The notes beneath the pieces are model-generated. The model saw only the letters and a program-made list of their open reading frames with translations. It was not told the DNA's origin and made no database searches. From Candidatus Methylomirabilis limnetica (lineage in GTDB: Bacteria; Methylomirabilota; Methylomirabilia; Methylomirabilales; Methylomirabilaceae), in the NCBI RefSeq assembly GCF_003044035.1, contig NZ_NVQC01000022.1:120001-152000 (forward strand): 32,000 nt of DNA, given 5' to 3'. A program made the translations under genes and the position numbers. Shown piece after piece: positions 7,233-17,478 of the stretch. How positions within the stretch are numbered: the stretch's first letter is position 1; each line of letters starts with the position of its first letter.

Positions 7233-9455
7233 TCACGCACCCATGGACGACGCTAGTCCGCTTTTCCAGGCCCTCTCGACCTCTTCAATGGAAAGGTCAA
7301 GCCCACACGTTGGGCCACTAAGCCTAAACCTTGTCCCCCCGACGGTTCCAAGACGCTGCACAGGAACCTGGTGCGCCTCAGCCATCTTCTCCAGCCTGGG
7401 CCAGTCGGACTCCTTCAGAGATACGACGATCCGGGATTGCGATTCCCCGAAGAGCAAGGCATCGGGGCGAATCGTTTCGCTGAGTATCACATCGACACCA
7501 ATCGGCGTCCCCTGGCCGCCCAGGCACGCCTCTGCCAGCGCGACGGCTAGGCCCCCGTCCGAGCAGTCGTGCGCCGAGCGAATCATCCCACTACGAATTC
7601 CCTCGAGGCAGACACGTTGAACGTTTCGCTCCCTGGCCAGGTCAAGTGACGGCGGCTCACCCTGTACGAGGCCGAACCGGGTCGCGAGATATTCGCTTGC
7701 TCCCAGTTCTTCACGCGTCTCCCCCAAGAGCGCCACCAGATCCCCTTCGCTCTTGAACCACTGGCCTGTGGCATAGGCAACATCATCCAGGAGACCGACC
7801 ACCCCTATTATGGGCGTAGGGAATATCGCGTTTCCCGATGTCTCATTATAGAGGCTTACGTTGCCACCGGTGACTGGGGTCTGTAGAGCCCGGCAGGCTT
7901 CGCCAATCCCCTTGACCGCCTCGACGAACTGCCACATGATCTCAGCGCGCTCCGGGCTGCCGAAGTTCAGGCAGTTGGTGATGGCGAGCGGCTCTCCGCC
8001 GGCGCAGACGACGTTTCTGGCCGCCTCAGCCACGGCGATCATCGCCCCCCGATACGGATCGAGGGCGCAGTAGCGGCTATTGCCGTCGGTAGAGAGCGCA
8101 ATGGCACGTTTGCCGCCAGGTAGCCGCAGGACCACGGCATCCGACCCGGGCCCGACGATCGTGCCCAGGAACAGCATGTGGTCATATCGCTCCCAGATCC
8201 GTTCCTTGCAACAGAGGTTGGGCGACTGCAACAGTTCTAACAGTGCTGCAGCATAGTCGTCAGGCAATGGAATGGTCTGGAGGTCGAGGCGTCGCCGCTC
8301 ATCGGCATCCTCGGGGCGAGCTATCGGCCGGTGATAGACGGGTGCCTCAGATGCTAGGGCACTAGCCGGGATCTCTGCAACCAGCCTTCCATGATCCAGG
8401 ACCCGCAAGAGCCCCCCTTCGGTAACCTGCCCGATCACCGCCGCGTCGAGGTCCCATTTTTCGAATACCCCTCTGACCCGATCCTCGCTTCCTTTTTTCG
8501 CTACAACGAGCATCCGCTCCTGCGACTCTGAAAGCATCAGCTCATACGGGGTCATCTCCAGCTCTCGCCTGGGGACACTGGCGAGGTCCATCTCGATCCC
8601 GGTACCGCCGCGGCTGGCCATTTCGGCTGTCGCACAGGTCAATCCCGCAGCCCCCATATCCTGAACCGCGACTAGATCATCGCCCTCCATCAGCTCAAGA
8701 CAGGCCTCAATCAGCAGCTTTTCACGAAACGGGTCACCAACCTGGACGGTCGGCCGCCGCGCTTCAGCCCCCTCGTCGAAGACGTCAGAGGCCATCGTCG
8801 CGCCATGGATGCCGTCGCGTCCGGTCTTGGCGCCGACATAGATAATCGGATTGCCGATCCCGCCAGCCCCGGCAAAAAAGAGCCGATCCTTTTTGGCAAT
8901 CCCCACGCACATGACATTCACCAGCGGGTTGCTGCTATACGGCTCGGCGAAGTAGGCCTCTCCGCCTACAGTCGGCACGCCTACCGCATTCCCATATCCT
9001 GCGATTCCAGCGACCACGCTGCAGAACAGGTGGCGGTTCTTTGGGTCGGTCAGCGGACCAAAGCGGAGCGAATCACACAGCGCGATCGGTCTCGCGCCCA
9101 TAGTGAAGATATCTCGGATGATCCCCCCCACACCCGTAGCAGCCCCCTGATACGGTTCGATGAAAGACGGGTGGTTATGACTTTCCATCTTGAAGACAAG
9201 GGCAAGGCCATCCCCGATATCAAGGATACCCGCGTTCTCCCCTGGCCCCTGGAGGACGCGTGGACCCTCCGTTGGAAGCGTAGCCAGATAGACTCGCGAA
9301 CTTTTATAGCTGCAGTGTTCCGACCACATCGCGCCGAACATCCCCAGCTCAACCAGGTTCGGTTCACGACCGAGAATCGCCAGAATTCTGTCGTACTCCT
9401 CGACCGTCAGGCCGTGCGACTCTACAAGATCCGGGGAAATGACAGACACGGTCAT
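7233..9455 (-). CDS. purL: Phosphoribosylformylglycinamidine synthase subunit PurL.
   Basis: The N-terminal block [39 protein letters not shown] is classic PurL. The start is taken at ATG 9455 (MTVSVISPD..) because the track start at 9500 overlaps purQ, whose stop is at 9466. Confidence 0.93.
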   Translation of the reverse strand: MTVSVISPDLVESHGLTVEEYDRILAILGREPNLVELGMFGAMWSEHCSYKSSRVYLATLPTEGPRVLQGPGENAGILDIGDGLALVFKMESHNHPSFIEPYQGAATGVGGIIRDIFTMGARPIALCDSLRFGPLTDPKNRHLFCSVVAGIAGYGNAVGVPTVGGEAYFAEPYSSNPLVNVMCVGIAKKDRLFFAGAGGIGNPIIYVGAKTGRDGIHGATMASDVFDEGAEARRPTVQVGDPFREKLLIEACLELMEGDDLVAVQDMGAAGLTCATAEMASRGGTGIEMDLASVPRRELEMTPYELMLSESQERMLVVAKKGSEDRVRGVFEKWDLDAAVIGQVTEGGLLRVLDHGRLVAEIPASALASEAPVYHRPIARPEDADERRRLDLQTIPLPDDYAAALLELLQSPNLCCKERIWERYDHMLFLGTIVGPGSDAVVLRLPGGKRAIALSTDGNSRYCALDPYRGAMIAVAEAARNVVCAGGEPLAITNCLNFGSPERAEIMWQFVEAVKGIGEACRALQTPVTGGNVSLYNETSGNAIFPTPIIGVVGLLDDVAYATGQWFKSEGDLVALLGETREELGASEYLATRFGLVQGEPPSLDLARERNVQRVCLEGIRSGMIRSAHDCSDGGLAVALAEACLGGQGTPIGVDVILSETIRPDALLFGESQSRIVVSLKESDWPRLEKMAEAHQVPVQRLGTVGGTRFRLSGPTCGLDLSIEEVERAWKSGLASSMGA

Positions 9456-9465
9456 AGCGGAAGCC

Positions 9466-10161
9466 TCAGATGCGGGTAAAGGTATCAAGGATCGACGCAA
9501 ACATCAGGCAACCATCCTCAGAACCCAGGATCGGCTCGGCGGCTCGTTCCGGATGAGGCATTAAGCCAAGGACATTGCGACGCTCGTTGCAAACGCCGGC
9601 AATCTGGTCAAGCGACCCGTTCGGGTTTGCGTCCTTCGCGAGCGCTCCATTCGCATCACAATAGCGAAAGATGATCTGGTCGCCATCCACCAGCCTTCTC
9701 CAGCCCGCCTGGTCGATAAAGTACCGCCCATCGCCATGAGAGATCGGCATCCGCATCACCTGCCCGAGTGGTATGGTAGCCGTAAAGGGAGTCTGCCGGC
9801 TCTCCACCCTCAGGTGGACCCATCTGCACCGGTAGTGCAAGCAGTCGTTAGGTAGCAGTGCGCCAGGGAGCAGCCCTGCCTCAGTTAGGACCTGAAATCC
9901 GTTGCAGCTTCCCAGAACAAAGCCGCCGGCTTCCGCAAAGGCCGTCACCGCTCGCATGACGGGGGACAGTCGCGCGATAGCGCCGGCCCGCAGATAGTCA
10001 CCATGGGCGAATCCTCCGGGGAGGATCACGCAATCCACGTCTTTGAGGTCAGCCTCTTTATGCCACAGGTAGCAGGCCTGCTCCTTCAGGACGTTCACGA
10101 TGACATGGTAGAAGTCCTGCTGGCTCCAAGAACCAGGGAAGACTACAATGCCAAACTTCAT
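9466..10161 (-). CDS. purQ: Phosphoribosylformylglycinamidine synthase glutaminase subunit PurQ.
   Basis: 231 aa. It begins [11 protein letters not shown] and has the nucleophile context GSCNGFQ and a PHPER motif. Its ATG overlaps the purS stop (ATGA). Confidence 0.93.
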   Translation of the reverse strand: MKFGIVVFPGSWSQQDFYHVIVNVLKEQACYLWHKEADLKDVDCVILPGGFAHGDYLRAGAIARLSPVMRAVTAFAEAGGFVLGSCNGFQVLTEAGLLPGALLPNDCLHYRCRWVHLRVESRQTPFTATIPLGQVMRMPISHGDGRYFIDQAGWRRLVDGDQIIFRYCDANGALAKDANPNGSLDQIAGVCNERRNVLGLMPHPERAAEPILGSEDGCLMFASILDTFTRI

Positions 10162-10412
10162 CCCGCAGCCCCTTCCACCTCGACGCGGTAGTCTTCAATG
10201 ACCGGGTTCGCAAGCAGCCGCCTGCACATCTCCTCAACCCGTGCAGCCGCCTCCTCCTTCGTAAGGCTATTCAGCGTCAGCACGATGAACTTTCCGATTC
10301 GTACGTCCGCCAGCCCCTCAAATCCCAGCGTCTCAAGAGCCGACTTTACCGTAGTCCCAGGAGCGTCGAGGACGTCCGGCTTCAAGGTAACGTAGATCTT
10401 AGCGATCAGCAT
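10158..10412 (-). CDS. purS: PurS subunit of FGAM synthase.
   Basis: 84 aa from ATG 10412 (MLIAKIYVTLKPDVLDAPGTTVKSALETLGF..), which is typical PurS. The track's 5' extension to 10484 overlaps purB. Confidence 0.85.
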   Translation of the reverse strand: MLIAKIYVTLKPDVLDAPGTTVKSALETLGFEGLADVRIGKFIVLTLNSLTKEEAAARVEEMCRRLLANPVIEDYRVEVEGAAG

Positions 10413-10413
10413 A

Positions 10414-11706
10414 TCATAGCCCCACACGAGCAAAGATGTCATCCAGATGCCGTAGATGATAGTCCAGGTCAAAGCAGTTTTCAACCTCGACAGGCGAAAG
10501 GTGCCGGCAAATCTCCGGATCGGCTAGCAGGAGCGGCTTGAACGGTTCATGCGACTCCCACGCCTTCATGGCATGTCGCTGTACCATCCGGTAGGCTTCT
10601 TCCCGGCTTAGCCCCTTGCCTATCAGTGCCAGTAACACCGCCTCCGAGAACACCAGACCCCCTGTCAGCTCCAGGTTATACCGCATTTGATCCGGATAGA
10701 CCCGAAGACCCTCCATGACCTCCCGAAAGCGGACCAACAGGTAATCAAGCAAGATCGTCGCATCGGGGAGCACCACCCGTTCCACGGATGAGTGGCTGAT
10801 GTCGCGCTCGTGCCATAACGGCACGTTCTCCAGACTCGCCTGGGCGTAACTTCGGAGCAGCCTGGCCAACCCGGATACCTGTTCACAGACGACCGGGTTG
10901 CGCTTGTGAGGCATGGCCGATGATCCCTTCTGTCCTTCGACAAACGGCTCCTCGACCTCACGTACCTCGGTTCGCTGCAGGTGGCGGATCTCGGTGGCGA
11001 ACTTATCCAGGGAGGTCCCGATCAGGGCAAGCGTAAGCATAAATTCGGCGTGTCGATCCCTGGATAGAATCTGGCTGGAAATAGGTGCTGGCTTTAGCCC
11101 CAACCGAGTACAGACATACGCTTCCACAGATAGTGGAAGATGGGCGAAGGTCCCAACGGCGCCAGAGAGCTTGCCATAGGCCACGGTCTCCTTGGCCCGG
11201 CGGAGGCGATCGAGATTGCGCTCCACTTCGCTATACCAGAGCAGGAGCTTCAAACCAAAGGTCACTGGCTCGGCATGGATTCCATGCGTCCGTCCAACCA
11301 TGATCGTTCGCTTGTGGCGTTGGGCGAGGTCAGCGATCACCAGGCGGAGCGCCTCCAGGTCTTCCAGCAAAATGTCGGCAGCCTGCTGAAGCTGTAACGC
11401 CAGGGCCGTGTCAACCACATCATAGGACGTCAGCCCGAAATGGAGATAGCGTGCCTCCGGGCCGACCCGCTCCGCCACCGCCGAGACAAAGGCGATGACA
11501 TCGTGGCGAACCTCCCGTTCGATCTCTTGGATACGGTTAAGGTCGAAGCTGGCCCGCTCCTGGATCACGGCCAACGCCTCGCGCGGAACTACGCCCAGCT
11601 CGGCCCAGGCCTCGCTGGCTAACAGCTCGACTCGCAGCCAGGTGGCGTACCGGTTCTGTGGTTCCCACACGGAGGTCATTCGGGGGAGCGCATAGCGAGG
11701 AATCAT
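10414..11706 (-). CDS. purB: Adenylosuccinate lyase.
   Basis: 431 aa from ATG 11706 (MIPRYALPRMTSVWEPQNRYATWLRVELL..). It has the fumarate-lyase signature GSSAMPHKRNP. The track's additional 69 codons are a translation of the repeat array at 11720-11840. Confidence 0.92.
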   Translation of the reverse strand: MIPRYALPRMTSVWEPQNRYATWLRVELLASEAWAELGVVPREALAVIQERASFDLNRIQEIEREVRHDVIAFVSAVAERVGPEARYLHFGLTSYDVVDTALALQLQQAADILLEDLEALRLVIADLAQRHKRTIMVGRTHGIHAEPVTFGLKLLLWYSEVERNLDRLRRAKETVAYGKLSGAVGTFAHLPLSVEAYVCTRLGLKPAPISSQILSRDRHAEFMLTLALIGTSLDKFATEIRHLQRTEVREVEEPFVEGQKGSSAMPHKRNPVVCEQVSGLARLLRSYAQASLENVPLWHERDISHSSVERVVLPDATILLDYLLVRFREVMEGLRVYPDQMRYNLELTGGLVFSEAVLLALIGKGLSREEAYRMVQRHAMKAWESHEPFKPLLLADPEICRHLSPVEVENCFDLDYHLRHLDDIFARVGL

Positions 11707-11719
11707 CAGTTGTCCTCTC

Positions 11720-11840
11720 GCGTCTGTTGCGTTCATAGCGTCTATTGCGTATGTTGCGTCATTGCGTCCGTTGCGTATTACGCTATGGATGCGATAGACG
11801 CTATCGACGCCGCACGCTATGGACGCGATAGACGCTACAG
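11720..11840. repeat. Inverted array of about 9-nt tandem units: GCGTNNNNN x7, then units spaced about 9 nt apart carrying the ACGC core x6-7.
   Basis: GCGT occurs at 11720, 11729, 11738, 11747, 11756, 11764 and 11773. The complementary ACGC occurs at 11780, 11798, 11807, 11814, 11823 and 11832, with a TGCG variant at about 11789. The segment atagcgtctattgc (11735-11748) matches the reverse complement of gcgatagacgctat (11791-11804) at 13 of 14 positions. It matches the second copy at 11825-11838 almost as well. Confidence 0.8.
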
Positions 11841-11863
11841 AGAATGGTTGGCTAGATCGACTG

Positions 11864-13117
11864 TCAGGAGAGTAGGGCCGCTTGGGGAACAGGGCCGATA
11901 GAGGTGATGGCAAACGACTCGTCGCGCAACAGCCGTCTCGTCAGCGACTCGAACTGATCGGTGGACACCGCATCGATCCCCGCGATGATCTCATCCAGGT
12001 CATAGGTGCGATCGAAATAGATCTCGGACTTGGCAAGACGAGTCATTCGGCTACTCGTCCCCTCGAGACCGAGGAGCAGATTGCCCTTGAGCTGATCCTT
12101 CGCCTGTTGGAGACCACTGGGATCGACCGGCTGATTCCGCATGCGGGCGCATTCCGCCCGGATCAGGTCGACGACCTGGCCTGAGGACTCCGGACTGGTC
12201 CCGGCATAAATGACCAGCAGACCGCAATCGCGATAGGCGGCCTGGTAAGAGTAAATCGAATACGCCAAACCTCGTTTTTCGCGAATCTCCTGGAAGAGCC
12301 GAGAACTCATGCTGCCACCCAGCATGGCGTTCAACAGGTAGAGGGCATAGCGATCATGGTGGGCATACGGTAAGGCATCCATGCCGAGACACAGGTGGAG
12401 CTGGGCCGTATCGCGCTCCTCCACCCTGACCGCCGCGCTGGAAGACGGTGGTGGAGGATCGGCGTGAACGGTTCGGCCTTCAAAACCGTCGAATGCCCGC
12501 GCCACCAGATCCACCAACTGCTCGTGATCCAGATCACCGGCTGCAGCTATCACGGTTCGATCGGGACGGTAGAAGCGACCCATGTGGCGGCGGATATCGT
12601 CTTGCGTGATGAGACAGACCGTCTCCTTCCGCCCCAGGATCGGTCTGGCTACCGGGTGATCACCCCAGATCGCTTCGGCAAAGAGGTCGTGAACCAAGTC
12701 GTCAGGAGTGTCCTCCACCATCTTGATCTCCTGAAGAACGACCTGCTGTTCCCGCTCAATATCTTTGGGATCGAGGCGAGAATGGAGGAAGGTGTCGGCC
12801 AGAATATCGATACCCAGGGGCAGGTGCTCACCTAGGACCTTGGCAAAGAAACAGGTACCCTCGCGACTCGTGGAGGCGTCGTGCGTACCACCAATGGCGT
12901 CAATCGCCCTGGCGATCTCCTGCGCGCTACGCCGCTCCGTCCCCTTGAAGAGCATATGCTCGATGAAGTGGGAGATGCCGGCTACATCGGAAGCCTCATC
13001 CCGAGATCCAACCTTCACCCACACGCCGATCGAGACCGACTTGACAGCAGGCATCTGCTCGCTGAGGACGACCATCCCGCTTGGCAACACCTGGCGGTTG
13101 TAGGAGAAACGGGCCAT
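11864..13117 (-). CDS. M16 family (insulinase-like) zinc peptidase.
   Basis: 417 aa. It has the HxxEH motif in GISHFIEHMLFKGT. Its position directly downstream of pnp is seen in many bacteria. Confidence 0.85.
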   Translation of the reverse strand: MARFSYNRQVLPSGMVVLSEQMPAVKSVSIGVWVKVGSRDEASDVAGISHFIEHMLFKGTERRSAQEIARAIDAIGGTHDASTSREGTCFFAKVLGEHLPLGIDILADTFLHSRLDPKDIEREQQVVLQEIKMVEDTPDDLVHDLFAEAIWGDHPVARPILGRKETVCLITQDDIRRHMGRFYRPDRTVIAAAGDLDHEQLVDLVARAFDGFEGRTVHADPPPPSSSAAVRVEERDTAQLHLCLGMDALPYAHHDRYALYLLNAMLGGSMSSRLFQEIREKRGLAYSIYSYQAAYRDCGLLVIYAGTSPESSGQVVDLIRAECARMRNQPVDPSGLQQAKDQLKGNLLLGLEGTSSRMTRLAKSEIYFDRTYDLDEIIAGIDAVSTDQFESLTRRLLRDESFAITSIGPVPQAALLS

Positions 13118-13120
13118 CGG

Positions 13121-15232
13121 TCAGGAGGACCTCTGCTCAGCCTTGAGTTGCCCCCCCGATTCCATCGCCTCTTTCCGACTCAACCGGATCTTGCCGCTCT
13201 TGTCGATGTCGATAACTTTTACCATGACCTCTTCCCCATTCGACAAGACGTCTTCGACCTTCATCACCCGTTCAGCGGAGATTTGAGAGATATGCAGAAG
13301 ACCATCGGTACCAGGAAGAATCTGGACGAAGGCACCAAAGTCCATGATCTTGACTACCTTCCCTCGATAGACCCTGCCAACCTCAGGAACCTCGACAATC
13401 CTGCTGATGATCGCCAACGCCTTCTGCGCTGCCTGTTCGTCAACAGAGGCGATCTCGATCCGCCCATCGTCCGAGACATCGATCTTCGCCCCGGATTCTG
13501 CCACAATCCCGCGGATCACCTTGCCACCAGGACCAATGACATCACGGATCTTGTCTACCGGAATCATAATCGTGAGGATGCGCGGGGCATACGCTGACAT
13601 ATTCACCCTTGGCTCTGCAAGGGCGCGGTCCATCTGATCCAGGATGTGGAGTCGGGCGCGCTTGGCCTGACCCAGAGCCTTCGGCATGAGGCTAGGGCTG
13701 ATGCCTTGGGTCTTGATATCCAATTGCAGCGCGGTGATCCCTTGCCGGGTACCGGCCACCTTAAAGTCCATATCGCCAAGGTGATCCTCAAGCCCGATGA
13801 TATCGGTGAGAATAGCCGTCTGCTCATTTTCCATGACGAGCCCCATTGCGACCCCAGCCACCGCTGACCGGATCGGAACCCCGGCATCCATTAAGCTGAG
13901 GCTCGCACCGCAGACCGTAGCCATGGAAGACGACCCATTCGACTCGAGGATATCTGAGACAATCCGAAGCGTATACGCAAACTCCTCCTTCGTCGGCAGC
14001 ACCGAGAGAAGAGCCCGCTCGGCAAGGGCCCCGTGCCCGATCTCTCGCCGACCAGGTCCGCGCATAAACTTGACCTCGCCGACGCTGAAGGGTGGAAAAT
14101 TGTAATGGAGCATAAACCGTTTCTTACCCTCTCCTTCGAGAGTATCCATGCGCTGTTCATCTTGCGAGGTGCCGAGCGTGGTGGTCACGAGGGCTTGCGT
14201 CTGACCCCTGGTGAAGAGGGCCGATCCGTGAGTCCTTGGCAGGACTCCGACCTCGGTGGTGATCGGCCGGACGTCCTCAAGCGACCTTCCGTCCGATCGC
14301 TTCCCATCTTCCAGGATCATTCGGCGCAACTCCTCGTGCTCGATCTGCTCGAACAGCCTCTTGACGGCGACCTTCCGATCATCCGGATCAGCGCTAAACT
14401 GGCCCATAACCTCGTCAAGGAGCGCCTGCCGACGGCTGCGCTGCTCCTCCTTCTCGGCGATCCCGGTCAGGGTCCGAAGCCCTTGGCGAGCCAGGTGATT
14501 CACGCGCTCACCCAGCTCAGGATCTACGGGAGGAACCCTGAAGGGCGCCTTTTCAACCCGAAGCTCTTTCGCCAGCTCCAGCGTCATGTCGATCATGGAC
14601 TGGATCCCCTTATGGCCAAATTCGATCACCTCGACCATCACCTCTTCAGTGACCTCAGTAGCTCCAGCCTCAAGCATCACTATCGCGCTTCTGGTCCCCG
14701 CTACCACCACATCGATGTCAGATTCTTCCATCTGGATGTACGTTGGATTGAGAACCAGCTTGCCACCCACCCGGCCTACCCGGACTGCACCGACCGGCCC
14801 GAGGAACGGAATAGGCGATATGGTGAGAGCGGCAGAGGCGCCCAACACCGCCAGGACGTCAGGGTCGTTGTCCTGGTCAGCCGAGAGAACCGTGGCGATA
14901 ATCTGGACATCGTGTCGATAGCCATCCGGGAAGAGCGGACGGAGTGGGCGATCGATGAGGCGCGAGGTCAGCGTCTCCTTCTCATGGGGACGGCCCTCTC
15001 GCTTAAAGAAGCCGCCAGGGATTTTACCTGCCGCATACGCCCGTTCCTGGTAATCGACAGTAAGCGGAAAGAAATCGATCCCCTGCCGCATCTGCTTCGA
15101 CGCCACCGCTGTGACAAGAACGACCGTGTCGCCGTACCGGACCAACACTGCGCCATCGGCCTGCCTGGCCACGCGCCCGGCCTCGATACTCAACGATTTC
15201 CCTTCGATGATTTGCTCGACACGACAACTCAT
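13121..15232 (-). CDS. pnp: Polynucleotide phosphorylase.
   Basis: 703 aa. It has two RNase PH-like halves, then KH (..[15 protein letters not shown]..) and S1 ([34 protein letters not shown]) domains. Confidence 0.95.
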   Translation of the reverse strand: MSCRVEQIIEGKSLSIEAGRVARQADGAVLVRYGDTVVLVTAVASKQMRQGIDFFPLTVDYQERAYAAGKIPGGFFKREGRPHEKETLTSRLIDRPLRPLFPDGYRHDVQIIATVLSADQDNDPDVLAVLGASAALTISPIPFLGPVGAVRVGRVGGKLVLNPTYIQMEESDIDVVVAGTRSAIVMLEAGATEVTEEVMVEVIEFGHKGIQSMIDMTLELAKELRVEKAPFRVPPVDPELGERVNHLARQGLRTLTGIAEKEEQRSRRQALLDEVMGQFSADPDDRKVAVKRLFEQIEHEELRRMILEDGKRSDGRSLEDVRPITTEVGVLPRTHGSALFTRGQTQALVTTTLGTSQDEQRMDTLEGEGKKRFMLHYNFPPFSVGEVKFMRGPGRREIGHGALAERALLSVLPTKEEFAYTLRIVSDILESNGSSSMATVCGASLSLMDAGVPIRSAVAGVAMGLVMENEQTAILTDIIGLEDHLGDMDFKVAGTRQGITALQLDIKTQGISPSLMPKALGQAKRARLHILDQMDRALAEPRVNMSAYAPRILTIMIPVDKIRDVIGPGGKVIRGIVAESGAKIDVSDDGRIEIASVDEQAAQKALAIISRIVEVPEVGRVYRGKVVKIMDFGAFVQILPGTDGLLHISQISAERVMKVEDVLSNGEEVMVKVIDIDKSGKIRLSRKEAMESGGQLKAEQRSS

Positions 15233-15501
15233 TTACGAATTCCCAACCTTTCGATGATCTGTTTGTACCGGCTCGCATCTTTGCTCCTGAGGTAATCCAA
15301 GAGCTTCCTGCGCCGGGCAACGAGGCGGAGCAGCCCTCGCCGAGAGTGATGGTCCTTCTTGTGGCCATTCAGATGGTCGGTCAAATACCCTATTCGTCCG
15401 GTAAGGAGCGCGATCTGCACATCCGGAGAGCCGGAGTCGCTATCATGAAGCCGATACTGCCCAATGACCTCTTGCTTATTTACGGATGCCTTGACCACCA
15501 A
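15229..15501 (-). CDS. rpsO: 30S ribosomal protein S15.
   Basis: 90 aa, with ..[50 protein letters not shown]... An AAGGAGG SD lies 7 nt upstream of the TTG start. The TGA stop overlaps the pnp ATG (ATGA). Confidence 0.93.
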   Translation of the reverse strand: MVVKASVNKQEVIGQYRLHDSDSGSPDVQIALLTGRIGYLTDHLNGHKKDHHSRRGLLRLVARRRKLLDYLRSKDASRYKQIIERLGIRK

Positions 15502-15562
15502 GCTATGTCCTCCTTTCTTCTTGAGTAGATACCAACATTCGCACGGACGGTATCATACGCCT

Positions 15563-16525
15563 TTAGGGTAGTAAAGTCCAATCTTCCGGAGAAAACCGCG
15601 GGAAGGCAGCAAACACCGCATCCGCCTGCCGCTTGTCGCTGTCGATCTGTTGCCGGAGTAGTGACGGGCTCTCAAAGCGTCGCTCGTCACGTAGGCGTTC
15701 GAGAAAGAAGAGCGTGAGTGTCTCCCCGTACAACTCCTCCTCTACCTCAAGCAGGTGGACCTCCACTCGACGCGCCTCACCACCAAAGGTCGGAGCACTC
15801 CCGACATTGACAAGCGCCTTATGTAATCCCTGCTTCAACCACGCCTGGCCACCGTATACGCCATCCGGAATGAGCAGATCAGCCGTAGCGGGTAAGTTCG
15901 CTGTCGGATACCCCAGCCCTTTTCCCCGTTCGGCGCCATGCTCGACGTGTCCGCGGATCGCGTAGGGCCGCCCTAAATAGCGCGCAGCCTGCCGCAAATC
16001 CCCCGCCGCCAGTAAGGCGCGGATGAGCGTGGAGCTGACGACCTGGCCGTCTACTGCCATCGCAGACACTACATCGAGCCCGAACTGATGCTCTTCTCCA
16101 AGCTTCCTGAGCACCTCTGGAGAGCCGGCTCTGGCATTACCGAAGGCAAAATCGTACCCGACACAGACAAACCGTGCCCGCAGCCGATCAACCAGGTAGG
16201 TCTTTACGAAATCGCGCGGCGAGGTAGCAGCAAGGCCCGGGGTAAAGGTAGCTGCGATCATCAGATCGACGCCAAGAGCGGCAATGATGTCCCGCTTGAT
16301 TGAGAGCGGGGTGATGAGGGGCGGGGCCTTTGAAGGATCCACCACCTCTAACGGATGCCGCGCGAAGGTGAAGACAACCGCTGTTCCCTCTTCCTGGCGA
16401 GCCCGCTGTACCACACGCTTAAGGATCTCACGATGCCCGCGATGGACCCCGTCGAACGTCCCGACCGCCACCGCAGGAGAGGGATAGTCGTCCCCCAGCT
16501 CTTCGATCTGCTCAATAACAATCAT
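15563..16525 (-). CDS. ribF: Bifunctional riboflavin kinase / FMN adenylyltransferase.
   Basis: 320 aa. It has AVGTFDGVHRGH, ..TFARHP.. and a C-terminal riboflavin kinase region. Its start overlaps the truB stop (TAATG). Confidence 0.9.
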   Translation of the reverse strand: MIVIEQIEELGDDYPSPAVAVGTFDGVHRGHREILKRVVQRARQEEGTAVVFTFARHPLEVVDPSKAPPLITPLSIKRDIIAALGVDLMIAATFTPGLAATSPRDFVKTYLVDRLRARFVCVGYDFAFGNARAGSPEVLRKLGEEHQFGLDVVSAMAVDGQVVSSTLIRALLAAGDLRQAARYLGRPYAIRGHVEHGAERGKGLGYPTANLPATADLLIPDGVYGGQAWLKQGLHKALVNVGSAPTFGGEARRVEVHLLEVEEELYGETLTLFFLERLRDERRFESPSLLRQQIDSDKRQADAVFAAFPRFSPEDWTLLP

Positions 16526-17466
16526 TACCCGGCAAGGACCCGTACCGGCTTCAGGACAATCCGGCGCGGGTCGATTGTGGCGAACTCCCGGCCGGCAACC
16601 GTCACCTCAGCGAGCGAAAGGAGCTGGCGACGATACCCCAAGACTCGGACGAGATCGCCCTTCTCTACCTCCATGGGGAAACTGAGCAGCGCGCCAGCCG
16701 CCATTCCGCTTCCCTGGACGACCCATCGAGAGGATTCTGGATGAACACGGACAGCGGGGAGATGCCCCAGCGCCTCCCCGATGGGGAGCAGTACTTCCAG
16801 GATGCGACCCTCCACAACGATCTGCTCGAACTGCTGTAGCGTCAGTGCGTCCTCAACCAGGAAGCGACCCGACCGGACGCGAGTCAACGCATACAGGTGT
16901 GCGCCGCACCCGAGGACTTGACCAATATCATCGCACAGGCTGCGGGCATACGTTCCCTTAGAACAACTGACCTGGAATCGGACGAAGGGCAGGTCAATCT
17001 CCAGGAGCTTGAGCTCGTGGATCCGCACCGTGATCGGCTGCCGTTCGACTGTTTCGCCACGCCGAGCCAGGCGATATAGGCGCTCCCCGTGATGCTTCTT
17101 CGCGGAGAAGAGTGGCGGCACCTGCTGGATCTCGCCAACAAATCGATTCAGGACGTCCGGCAAATCAGCAGGATCTACGCTGATATTGTCCGTCTCAGAC
17201 AGCACCTTCCCATCAGCATCCAAGGTGTCGGTGGTGATCCCCAGCCGCATCGTAATCAGGTACTCCTTATCGGCCTGGGTAAGAAATTGCGCAATTCGGG
17301 TCGCGCGCCCAACGCAGAGCGGCAGAACGCCGGTAGCCCTCGGGTCGAGCGTGCCGGTATGGCCAATGCGACGCATCTTCAGAAGACGCCGCGCCACGTC
17401 CACCACATCATGGGAGGTCATCCCCCCAGGCTTATTGATGTTAAGAACCCCGCTGAGTTCCATCAC
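16525..17466 (-). CDS. truB: tRNA pseudouridine-55 synthase.
   Basis: 313 aa. It has GVLNINKPGGMTSHDVV and the catalytic-Asp motif GHTGTLDPRATGVL, plus a PUA-like C-terminus. Confidence 0.92.
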   Translation of the reverse strand: MMELSGVLNINKPGGMTSHDVVDVARRLLKMRRIGHTGTLDPRATGVLPLCVGRATRIAQFLTQADKEYLITMRLGITTDTLDADGKVLSETDNISVDPADLPDVLNRFVGEIQQVPPLFSAKKHHGERLYRLARRGETVERQPITVRIHELKLLEIDLPFVRFQVSCSKGTYARSLCDDIGQVLGCGAHLYALTRVRSGRFLVEDALTLQQFEQIVVEGRILEVLLPIGEALGHLPAVRVHPESSRWVVQGSGMAAGALLSFPMEVEKGDLVRVLGYRRQLLSLAEVTVAGREFATIDPRRIVLKPVRVLAG

Positions 17467-17478
17467 ATGTACCAGAAA

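Noticed and set aside
11707-11913. A 69-codon N-terminal extension of purB in the ORF track.
   Set aside because: It translates the nonamer repeat array and overlaps the end of the M16 peptidase gene. The conserved PurB N-terminus begins at ATG 11706. For the same reason I trimmed the extensions of purS (to 10412), purL (9455), thrC (5905), rpsD (28671), rbfA (18716), nusA (23548), rimP (24092) and infB (21588).
14033-15295. A 420-aa plus-strand ORF antisense to pnp and rpsO. Similar long antisense ORFs occur at 19690-20694 (opposite infB), 25778-26617 (opposite EF-G), 21658-22443, 12881-13597 and 8805-9479.
   Set aside because: Each lies entirely opposite a strongly conserved, motif-bearing gene. 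Their products are Arg/Leu/Pro/Ser-rich with no recognisable motifs. Stop-poor antisense frames are expected at this GC content. They are shadow ORFs.
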